The notes beneath the pieces were generated by a model, which was not told the DNA's origin, searched no databases, and worked only from the letters and a program-made list of their open reading frames with translations. Both the position numbers and the translations under genes were made by a program. From the IMG/VR virus record IMGVR_UViG_3300045988_039444: a stretch of 64,000 nucleotides of DNA, one strand, 5' to 3'. The DNA comes from a virus. Of the stretch, positions 56,269 through 64,000 are shown piece by piece (the stretch's first letter is position 1; each line of letters starts with the position of its first letter).

Positions 56269-57564
56269 TTATTTAATAGGTAAAACAATTTTATCATCCT
56301 TTGCAGTCTTTTGGACTCTGGGATTACCATTGTTTTTACCAGTCTTACTTGCTAATGAACGAAGACGTTTAACTTCTTTTTTAGCAAGTTCAGCTTTAAT
56401 CAGTTGGTCAACTCCACCATCAAGATTCATAATAAATCGCATAGCCAATTCAGCAGGATTAGAAAGACGATTAATCTCATCAATCTGCGCTTGACTATAA
56501 ACCATTCCATTAATCTCTTGAACAGGACGAGAGAAATAATCAAATAACTCTTGACGAGAAACAAGTTTCTCACCATCAGTTGTCTTAATTCTCAGACCTT
56601 CTTTCGGAAGAGCGTATTCTCCAATCTGACCTTTAACAACAATTAAATCATAAAGACTACCCGGTGCATTATGAACTTTGACAGTACCGTCATCTTCATA
56701 AGAAACACCAAAGTATTTAATTTCCTTTTCAAGTTCAGCCTGCATTTCTTTGGCCTCACGTTCACGAATTGCTTTAATCTCACTCTCTTGAGTTTTACGC
56801 AACCAGTTAAGACTTTCAGTTGCATCATCTTTAAGAGTATTATTTGCTTTTGCAAACTCAACAATTCGTTTGGCACGTTCCGGGGAAGTACCTTTTTGAA
56901 TTTCAGCTTTATAGATTAAATCAGCAAGTAAGTTATCATCATCTTTGATTTCAACTTTGCTATAATCTACATTTGCCGAATAACCTTCGATTGTACCGAA
57001 CTTACTCTTATATTCAACAAGAGCTGCAATATCAGGATTGTTAGCTAAAAACTCATTAAAACCTTTTGCAAAACCCTCTCGTTCACCAAGAGCTTTTACA
57101 GCAGCTTCACGTTTAGCAAAACCCTCAATCGTAGGTTCAAACTTAACAGGTTCACCTTTCTCATCTTTAATAACAATGCCACTGGCTTTTGAAATAGCTT
57201 CGATATAATCACCGTCTAATTCATTAGCACCTTCATCAGACATTGCATCAATCTGTTCTTTTGTAAACTTAATTTCACCGTTATCATCTACGGCGTTTCC
57301 GTTATCATCAAGTGTGTAAAGAGTACCATCAATTTCTACTTGTTCCGGTTCAGTTTTTTCTTCGCCATTACCAGTAGAACCACCCTTATCACCTTCTTCT
57401 TCAGCTTTCTTACGAGCAGCTTCCTCTTCAGCTTTACGTCGTTCTTCAGCTTCTTGAGCTTCTTTAGCTTCCTTAGCTTTACGTTCTTCTAATTCTTTAC
57501 GAAGACGTTCTTGTTTTTGCTCCTGAGTTTCATCATCAGGTATAACAACTTTTTCAACAGCCAT
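56269..57564 (-). CDS. Highly charged Lys/Glu-rich coiled-coil protein (431 aa). Scaffolding-like candidate.
   Basis: N-terminal …QERLRKELEERKAKEAKEAQEAEERRKAEEEAARKKAEEE… low-complexity charged helix. Located between the portal-like and capsid-like genes. Confidence 0.5.
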   Translation of the reverse strand: MAVEKVVIPDDETQEQKQERLRKELEERKAKEAKEAQEAEERRKAEEEAARKKAEEEGDKGGSTGNGEEKTEPEQVEIDGTLYTLDDNGNAVDDNGEIKFTKEQIDAMSDEGANELDGDYIEAISKASGIVIKDEKGEPVKFEPTIEGFAKREAAVKALGEREGFAKGFNEFLANNPDIAALVEYKSKFGTIEGYSANVDYSKVEIKDDDNLLADLIYKAEIQKGTSPERAKRIVEFAKANNTLKDDATESLNWLRKTQESEIKAIREREAKEMQAELEKEIKYFGVSYEDDGTVKVHNAPGSLYDLIVVKGQIGEYALPKEGLRIKTTDGEKLVSRQELFDYFSRPVQEINGMVYSQAQIDEINRLSNPAELAMRFIMNLDGGVDQLIKAELAKKEVKRLRSLASKTGKNNGNPRVQKTAKDDKIVLPIK

Positions 57565-57690
57565 ATTAGTATTTATTTATAGTTGAATATTATTACATGA
57601 ACAAAGATATACTATATATAATATATTATCAATAATTATAGTAGTATTATCTTGCAGGTTCTCTTGCTCGCCGTCGATAATTCTCGGTCA

Positions 57691-60015
57691 TCATTGCTTT
57701 AACTCTTTTTGTAACTTTATTCTATTAACATCAGAAGCAGTGTAACCAGATTGAGCAGCCATAGCTTCATCTTTATCTATATTACCATTTCCATTGGTAT
57801 CGACTTTAAGTCGCATATTCCAAATCTCTTTTTCACCTTCTTGTTTAAGAATCTCAAGATTAACATCATGTTCTCTATCAAGAGCATTTTGTTGAGCTTC
57901 AAATTCTTGTTTAGCTGCTTCACGCTGACTAACAATTTGTTCAACTTCTGCTTGAGCTTGTTGTTGAACTTGTTGCATTTGAAGTTCATAATCTCGACGA
58001 GCTTGAATAGCTTTCTTAATATTCTTAGCAATAGAAGTAATATTATTATTTTCAATAGCTTCAATAGCAACTTCCAGTTGGTCATTCTGACCTGCGCTAA
58101 AAGCAAGTTCTTTCATCATATTCAGCTTATTCTGAACATCGGCATTATTACGAATATAAATTCCAATATTACCAGAGAAATCAGAAGAACCATCAATATC
58201 AACTACAACAACTTTATTAGTTGTCGGGTCTACATAAGAACCTCGTTTACCGTCAATCCAAGCAAACTTACTGTAATCAATATTTGCAACATAATCACGT
58301 TCACGGAAGAGATTAAAACATTCAAGACTCCAAACACTTCCGGTCATTGCTTGAGAATAATTCGATTCATTAACAGCCTTACCTGCATAATCTTTAGCAT
58401 CACCAAAGCGAGCATTATTCATATTAGCTGCTTCCCAAGCTTCTGCTTTCAAACCTTGCTTAAGATTATCAAGCATTTGAATATAATTCGTAATAGCACT
58501 TGTAGCTACTTCTCGAATAGATTGTAAAGCATTAGGTTGTGCATCAGAATCATCAAACGGTAAGAAACTATCTTTATTCGCAACAGCAAGACGTTCCTCG
58601 GTAGTCATGTCACTACTATCAGCGAGAATACTTTCAGGGAATAATAGCCAAGACTTAAACTTAGCTACTGCACGTTCTTGTTGTAAAGTATAAATACGAT
58701 AAAGAGCAAGATAAGGTAAAACACGGAAAGGAATAGGATTACGAAGATTATCTTTATGTAAACCTACAATACCATTATAAGGTAATTTACAATCACTATA
58801 ATTGTTAAATCTTTCACGTTGAACTTCGATAGGTCGCGGCTTAATATAAATACCACTATGACAACCACCTATACGCCAACCTTCCCAAACTTGATTTATC
58901 CATTCCCATTCAATTTCAATATCACCAGCGGAAGTATCAAATTCATAATTTTCGTCTACAACACTTTCAACGATATTTCCTAATAAATCTCGATGTTTAA
59001 GAATACCTTGTTTAATTTCAGTTTTCCAAACATAATGATAAATATCAATTTCTTTACCATATAATCGAGCTTCACTACGAAGTGCTTCTGCGTTAGTATG
59101 TAAGATAGCTTTACGTTCAGCAAAATCTGTTTTATTGAAGATTTGAACTATACCATCGGGAGCATCATATTTAGGAGATACAGTATAAATATCTTTAAGA
59201 TAATTCATTTCTGCATCTGTAAGTTCATCACGAAATCTATCAATGATTTGAGGAATAGTCATTCGATAGACACGAAGTCCTGCATCATCATCTTCAATAT
59301 ATCGTTGACCACTTTCAATACGATAATATTCGAGAGGAGATATTACTTGAAGATAAACATCACCTTTATAAACTTCTCGATAAGTATAAACCTCTTCACA
59401 AGCCCACCAATAGAAATAGCATTGTTGATATTTGTCTTTTGCTTCAACAATAGTATTGATAAGTTCAAGACGCTTTTGAGTTGTAATAGTTACATCATCA
59501 ATCCAATCGTTAAGAACTTCCTCAATAATATCGTTAAGTTCACCTTGCTTAATTGTCTTTTGACCAGTATTAAATCCTGCTTCATTAAGACGATTAATAA
59601 TTTCTTGATTACAATAAGCCATTACTTTATCAGCAAGAACTTTATTGCGAGCAAGAGTTACAGAAGGGTCATTATTAAATACTTGATAATTAGAGAACAT
59701 ATTAATAAATTCTCCCATATATCGTTCTTTAATAGGAGTGAGAAAATCTACATCACGTATCTCACCATACATGACAGCTTTCTCACCAACCTTATCAATA
59801 TAATTCCGAAGAACATATTCATAAGTTTTAGGGTCTACTAAACCATTAGCAGCATCAAGAAATTTCTGCGTAACAGTTTTATCATTCTGACCAATAGCAA
59901 GATTAATCCAATAATTACAATTAGGAATGTACCAAGCTTTCGTTTGTTTTGTAGCAGTACTTGCACGCTGGTCAGGCATAACAAGTGGAGTTGCTCTTAA
60001 ATCACGTTCACTCAT
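57691..60015 (-). CDS. Portal protein candidate (774 aa).
   Basis: Size, a Q-rich helical C-terminus (…QMQQVQQQAQAEVEQIVSQREAAKQEFEAQQ…) and position directly downstream of the terminase-like gene, with a 4-nt overlap. Confidence 0.5.
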   Translation of the reverse strand: MSERDLRATPLVMPDQRASTATKQTKAWYIPNCNYWINLAIGQNDKTVTQKFLDAANGLVDPKTYEYVLRNYIDKVGEKAVMYGEIRDVDFLTPIKERYMGEFINMFSNYQVFNNDPSVTLARNKVLADKVMAYCNQEIINRLNEAGFNTGQKTIKQGELNDIIEEVLNDWIDDVTITTQKRLELINTIVEAKDKYQQCYFYWWACEEVYTYREVYKGDVYLQVISPLEYYRIESGQRYIEDDDAGLRVYRMTIPQIIDRFRDELTDAEMNYLKDIYTVSPKYDAPDGIVQIFNKTDFAERKAILHTNAEALRSEARLYGKEIDIYHYVWKTEIKQGILKHRDLLGNIVESVVDENYEFDTSAGDIEIEWEWINQVWEGWRIGGCHSGIYIKPRPIEVQRERFNNYSDCKLPYNGIVGLHKDNLRNPIPFRVLPYLALYRIYTLQQERAVAKFKSWLLFPESILADSSDMTTEERLAVANKDSFLPFDDSDAQPNALQSIREVATSAITNYIQMLDNLKQGLKAEAWEAANMNNARFGDAKDYAGKAVNESNYSQAMTGSVWSLECFNLFRERDYVANIDYSKFAWIDGKRGSYVDPTTNKVVVVDIDGSSDFSGNIGIYIRNNADVQNKLNMMKELAFSAGQNDQLEVAIEAIENNNITSIAKNIKKAIQARRDYELQMQQVQQQAQAEVEQIVSQREAAKQEFEAQQNALDREHDVNLEILKQEGEKEIWNMRLKVDTNGNGNIDKDEAMAAQSGYTASDVNRIKLQKELKQ

Positions 60016-63000
60016 TTTAGGAATCTATTAACTTTACGACCAGTGTTATTAGTTTTACTTTTCGAGTTAGCTTCTCGTTCAAGTAAAAGAGAATCTTTAC
60101 GAAATTCAAACATTGCAACGATAGCCGAACTTAATCGGTCTGCATTACGTCCAAATATAAATCTATCCAACTCTAATAAGAAACTTATATCATAAATTTG
60201 ATTAAATCTATATATTGGTGTATCGTCGGACGTTTTTCCGACAATTTCGTATAAGAAATCCCGCACCATACGCATACCTTCCAACTTAATATCGCCATCA
60301 CCAATGACAATACCATAACCTGTAATACGAGGGCCATCAACACTACGATTAATATAACTACTTGGGTCTTTTAATAACTTATCTCTATAACCCCATTTCT
60401 TGAAATTAGTAACAAGTTCACCAGTACCAGCCTCATAAAGAACTTTACAATTCCAACGTAAACAAGCATAAAGAACAAGTTTATCGACAGCTTCCATAGT
60501 ATCAAGACGACCACAATAAGAAGCAACAAGTCGTTTACCCATGTAAGGAGTTTTGCTGTTAGTACGCATCCACACTTGAAAACTTGCAAGTGAATTTTTT
60601 GTACTAACTTCTTCTTTATTTTTATCTACACGATATGGGTCATAAGAAATAAAATAAAGACTACCATCATTTGGAATAGGAGAATAAAATTCTCTTATAC
60701 AACCATGAACATCAGTCTTTGAATTATGAGGTACATCAGTTATATATTCATGGAATCTATCGGAACCAAATATAGTTCGTTCAATACATTCCTGTTTAGT
60801 AATAAATCTAACACGTCCATCATCAAGTATATACCAACCATCTTCATAAAAATGATTAGACTTATCATATTTAATAGCGTTAATATGATTAGTAAGTTCC
60901 GGACTGTGAAAAATGTTCTCTTGTGTGTTCGTAAATGCCTCATTAGGACTGTTAGCACGTTGACCTACATAAATATTATATTCACCAGCATCTTTCTCTT
61001 TTTCTGCACCACGTTTCTTATCATAATCATCCTTCCAAGAAGCAAACAGTAAAGAATTACCATCTTCTATAAAAGGTTCATAATCCCATATCTGCGGAAA
61101 AAAGAAACCACAAACAGCATGTCTACTATTAGCATCCCAGATATTTTCCATAGGAAGCATATCATTCTTTCCGGGATTATAAAAACAATTACTGAAAGCT
61201 TCCCAGTTAGCACCTTTTGTACCACCCGTACCATATACACGAATAGTACCAATTCGCATTGCACCTGATTCACTATTAGACATCATAACATCTAATGCCT
61301 TTTGAAGATTAGGACAGTTATGAGTAATAGTAAAATCTTCTAATAATACAAGATTATCACCATCTACTTCAAATCCATAATATCTACCTCGACCAATAGG
61401 TTTAATATCAAATCGAGTTTCCAATACATTCTTTTGTAATGAAATATAATTTTCTGCTTTTTTACGATTTATTTTAGTAGGAATTAAATGACAACCAGAT
61501 AAAATAAAAATTCTATAATAAGTAACACCTCTTATAATCTTTTCTGAAACAGTGGTTTTCAATCCAAGACTTCTACAAATATAAACAATATCATAAACAA
61601 TTGCAGGGTCTTTTTGAGCTATTTCAAAATTATGTTTTTTAGAATTATAAGAACCATCAGTGTCAATAATACCAGCTAAAAATTCTAATCTACTTTGTTT
61701 ATCAGTATAAATGTACTCTTTTGGAATATATTTATTATGAAGAACTCCCATATTAAAAAGTTCTTGTCTAAACCAATTATCCGAAGCATCTTCACATTTT
61801 ACTAATGTAATTCTTTTAGCATTAGAATTAGTATCTGCAATCGAATAATCAAGATTATTATTTTTTGAATATTCTTTTAAATAATCAATTACTTCACTAT
61901 CTTCATTGGTAAATCTACATGTATCTTTATCTCCATCACCAATCCATAATCCAAAAACATAAGGTTCAATTTTAACATTCTTTTTATCAAAATCAATACA
62001 TGTTTTTATAAGAGCATGATTATCTTTCCAGCGAGGATGTTCTTTAATCATATTTATATAATCTGGAGCAGTCATAGTAATCGGTTTACATATATTACCA
62101 TAACTTTTCCTATAAATCATATAAATATCATGCTTACTATTTACAACATGAGATTCACCATTTAAAGGAGTAACTTCGTATAAATCATCTTCACCATTTA
62201 TAGTAGCTAATACTGTACGAGGATTTCCGTCAGGTCCCATAAGTTTATCACCTACTTTAATATCTTGAACAAATTTAATTTGTCCATCAGACATTATAAA
62301 ACCAGTATTTTCCCCAAAACATTTACCTGCTTCCTCAAAATCAGTTTCAATAGCTTTCTTACCTACTGCGGCACTTTCATTTTTACCAATAGCAACACTT
62401 AAAAGTTTACTACGAAATCCGAAAGCCTTTTGACCTTCTTTTGATTTCTTATATCCAAGTTCAATACCTTTATCAAAGTTCTCACTTAGATAACCTCTTC
62501 GCCAATAAGTTTTATCTTCATACCAATCAAGATTAACTTTAACCATATAAGATGTAGCACCTTTTTCAGTTAAGTAATCCATTTGGTCAGCAGCAAGTGT
62601 AACGGTTACATTCTTATTTGCGTTAATAGTATTAGCTGCTTGACTACCACGTTTATATGAAAAACCTTTACGACGAGCTTTTGCCTTACATAAGTTACAA
62701 CTATTGTTAGCAATCAGCTCGTCAATCTTAAAGTTCCAATAATCTCCATCCCAAAATCGAGGAAAGCCTTCAACAGTATTAACCTTAAATCTTCCCTCTT
62801 TATCTAACTGTTTACGTTCCTTTTCATTAGGAGCACGTTCGATACGACCATAATTGAGATAATTATAATGGTCGCCAGTTATACGAACTTTATGAAGTAA
62901 AGACTTACGTTCAGCATCAGATTTGGCTGCTAAATAAGCAGGAATATCTTTAATGTATAATTTACAATATGCTTGAACACCTTTAACTCGTCTATCCATT

Positions 63001-63380
63001 TCACGTTGCCAAAACTTTATGGCATTAGGACTATCATCAGGTTCAAGACAATAACATCCATGTTTTTCATAAAAGTCTGCAACACGACTAAATATTTCAG
63101 TACCTACGAAAACAAAGTCTATTTTCATAAGTACACCACCACTTTCACCTATAAGAAAATCGTTATCTCTGTCAATCCAAGGTTTACCAGTAAAACGACA
63201 AATACTTGAAGATAAAGGCTTGTAACTTTCTTTATCTTCAAGTATATAATCTATAAACGGACTTCGACCAGTTTCATAACCATAACGATTGTCTTTACGA
63301 TAATGTTTCTGTTTCGTTAGGAGCGTTAGATGCTCTATCATTTGTTCCGTCATAGCTATCTCTATATTCAGCTCCACCAC
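60012..63380 (-). CDS. Terminase large subunit-like protein (1122 aa precursor) interrupted by a 335-aa intein.
   Basis: Position next to the portal-like gene. The C-terminal region has RNase-H-like acidic motifs (LYFISYDPYRVD…, KVLYEAGTGE). Removing the intein gives about 787 aa. The ATPase Walker A motif was not confidently located by eye. Confidence 0.5.
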   Translation of the reverse strand: MVELNIEIAMTEQMIEHLTLLTKQKHYRKDNRYGYETGRSPFIDYILEDKESYKPLSSSICRFTGKPWIDRDNDFLIGESGGVLMKIDFVFVGTEIFSRVADFYEKHGCYCLEPDDSPNAIKFWQREMDRRVKGVQAYCKLYIKDIPAYLAAKSDAERKSLLHKVRITGDHYNYLNYGRIERAPNEKERKQLDKEGRFKVNTVEGFPRFWDGDYWNFKIDELIANNSCNLCKAKARRKGFSYKRGSQAANTINANKNVTVTLAADQMDYLTEKGATSYMVKVNLDWYEDKTYWRRGYLSENFDKGIELGYKKSKEGQKAFGFRSKLLSVAIGKNESAAVGKKAIETDFEEAGKCFGENTGFIMSDGQIKFVQDIKVGDKLMGPDGNPRTVLATINGEDDLYEVTPLNGESHVVNSKHDIYMIYRKSYGNICKPITMTAPDYINMIKEHPRWKDNHALIKTCIDFDKKNVKIEPYVFGLWIGDGDKDTCRFTNEDSEVIDYLKEYSKNNNLDYSIADTNSNAKRITLVKCEDASDNWFRQELFNMGVLHNKYIPKEYIYTDKQSRLEFLAGIIDTDGSYNSKKHNFEIAQKDPAIVYDIVYICRSLGLKTTVSEKIIRGVTYYRIFILSGCHLIPTKINRKKAENYISLQKNVLETRFDIKPIGRGRYYGFEVDGDNLVLLEDFTITHNCPNLQKALDVMMSNSESGAMRIGTIRVYGTGGTKGANWEAFSNCFYNPGKNDMLPMENIWDANSRHAVCGFFFPQIWDYEPFIEDGNSLLFASWKDDYDKKRGAEKEKDAGEYNIYVGQRANSPNEAFTNTQENIFHSPELTNHINAIKYDKSNHFYEDGWYILDDGRVRFITKQECIERTIFGSDRFHEYITDVPHNSKTDVHGCIREFYSPIPNDGSLYFISYDPYRVDKNKEEVSTKNSLASFQVWMRTNSKTPYMGKRLVASYCGRLDTMEAVDKLVLYACLRWNCKVLYEAGTGELVTNFKKWGYRDKLLKDPSSYINRSVDGPRITGYGIVIGDGDIKLEGMRMVRDFLYEIVGKTSDDTPIYRFNQIYDISFLLELDRFIFGRNADRLSSAIVAMFEFRKDSLLLEREANSKSKTNNTGRKVNRFLK
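61317..62321 (-). other. Intein (Hint domain plus a double-LAGLIDADG homing endonuclease) inside the terminase-like gene.
   Basis: Starts with Cys (…EEAGK|CFGENTGFIMSDGQIKFVQDIKVGDKL, block A) and has a block B T/H segment (EVTPLNGESHVV). Two LAGLIDADG motifs (YVFGLWIGDGD and EFLAGIIDTDGS). Ends …LLEDFTITHN|C with His-Asn followed by a +1 Cys. Confidence 0.8.
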
Positions 63381-63927
63381 GAATTGACGTTACACCTTTT
63401 TCAATCTTATCCCACTTATCATTAAGCTCAGTAAGACTTTCAACTCGTGCAGGAATTTCATTAGCAATTTTAATAATCTGTTTAAGAGTATCTTCACAAA
63501 GAGCTAAATCTTTCATTTCAAGTTCTTTCGACATTAAATCTTCTATACCATCAGTTAATGTACGAACTAACTTACTTGAAAGATTCAAAGATTTAATAGT
63601 AGAATTAATTAAATCTTCAACAGCTGTAATATTAAGATTTGATTTTACAAATTCAATAGCAGATAAAACAACTTTATCCGGTAGATAAGATTCATCTAAA
63701 CCAGCATTAGACTTAGCATAAGCATAAGCTTCTTTTTTAGTAAGTCCTGCTTTCGTTACATAACCTTTTCTATCGGATAAATATAATATAAATCTAAATT
63801 CTTTTTCTGCAAAAGATTTATCTTTACTATCATCACGAGCATATATCTGTTGAAGTAAAGGATATTGAAGTATCTCTTCTACATCAAGAATTAGTTTATC
63901 ATTTTCTATCTTAAATCCATGTACCAT
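63295..63927 (-). CDS. Hypothetical protein (210 aa) upstream of the terminase-like gene. Small-terminase candidate by position only.
   Basis: ORF whose 3' end overlaps the first 86 nt of the 1122-aa ORF. Confidence 0.45.
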   Translation of the reverse strand: MVHGFKIENDKLILDVEEILQYPLLQQIYARDDSKDKSFAEKEFRFILYLSDRKGYVTKAGLTKKEAYAYAKSNAGLDESYLPDKVVLSAIEFVKSNLNITAVEDLINSTIKSLNLSSKLVRTLTDGIEDLMSKELEMKDLALCEDTLKQIIKIANEIPARVESLTELNDKWDKIEKGVTSIRGGAEYRDSYDGTNDRASNAPNETETLS

Positions 63928-64000
63928 ATATCATCGACTTGATATAAATATTAATACAGCGTTCAAAGCAATAGAACCAGCTGCAATCCAACCATTTCTA

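Noticed and set aside
57602-57609. Bacteroidota-type promoter motifs: a -7 TAnnTTTG (CAAAGATA on the plus strand, 57602-57609) upstream of the 431-aa gene, and TAAGTTTG (41138-41145) upstream of the 208-aa gene.
   Set aside because: Motif matches are short and expected frequently in AT-rich DNA. No convincing -33 TTTG partner was found at the right spacing, so this is not reported as a feature.

Overview
This window is AT-rich (roughly 30% GC by eye) and reads as a tailed-phage genome segment with crAss-like architecture. The architecture call is inference from gene order, giant ORFs and BACON-like domains; I cannot run searches.

Layout:
- Positions 2-3826 carry a short plus-strand module: a partial coiled-coil protein, a 370-aa protein, a clear dUTPase and small hypotheticals.
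- A convergent terminator region at 3827-4113 closes it.
- From 63927 down to 4114 runs a single ~60-kb minus-strand array of tightly packed genes:
  - a terminase-like gene interrupted by a full intein with a LAGLIDADG homing endonuclease, then portal-like, scaffold-like and capsid-like genes;
  - a tail-fiber and BACON-like cluster;
  - a run of small membrane proteins;
  - five giant virion/ejection-type proteins (1424, 1005, 1042, 2658 and 4392 aa), the largest carrying a DFDID motif reminiscent of crAss-like virion RNA polymerases.

Most notable observations:
1. A family of seven GC-rich (~35-80 bp) elements is scattered through an otherwise AT-rich genome. They share a ~30-bp core (AGTGGGCGTGCAACCTCCTGCCCCACCGGG), a variable but always self-complementary GC hairpin, and ACAAGT-type flanks.
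2. Four element copies lie intergenic and three lie in-frame inside protein-coding genes.
3. A cluster of three paralogous tail-fiber-like genes shares an N-terminal motif. Two of them carry poly-G tracts at the homologous Gly-linker position: G10 in frame in one gene, and G6 out of frame in the other (which is also interrupted by a TAA at a conserved Gln codon). This is the signature of slipped-strand phase variation of receptor-binding proteins.
4. Two short GC3-rich codon-usage islands sit inside the giant genes, one of them exactly over the putative catalytic motif.

No tRNA, CRISPR array or reverse transcriptase was recognised.
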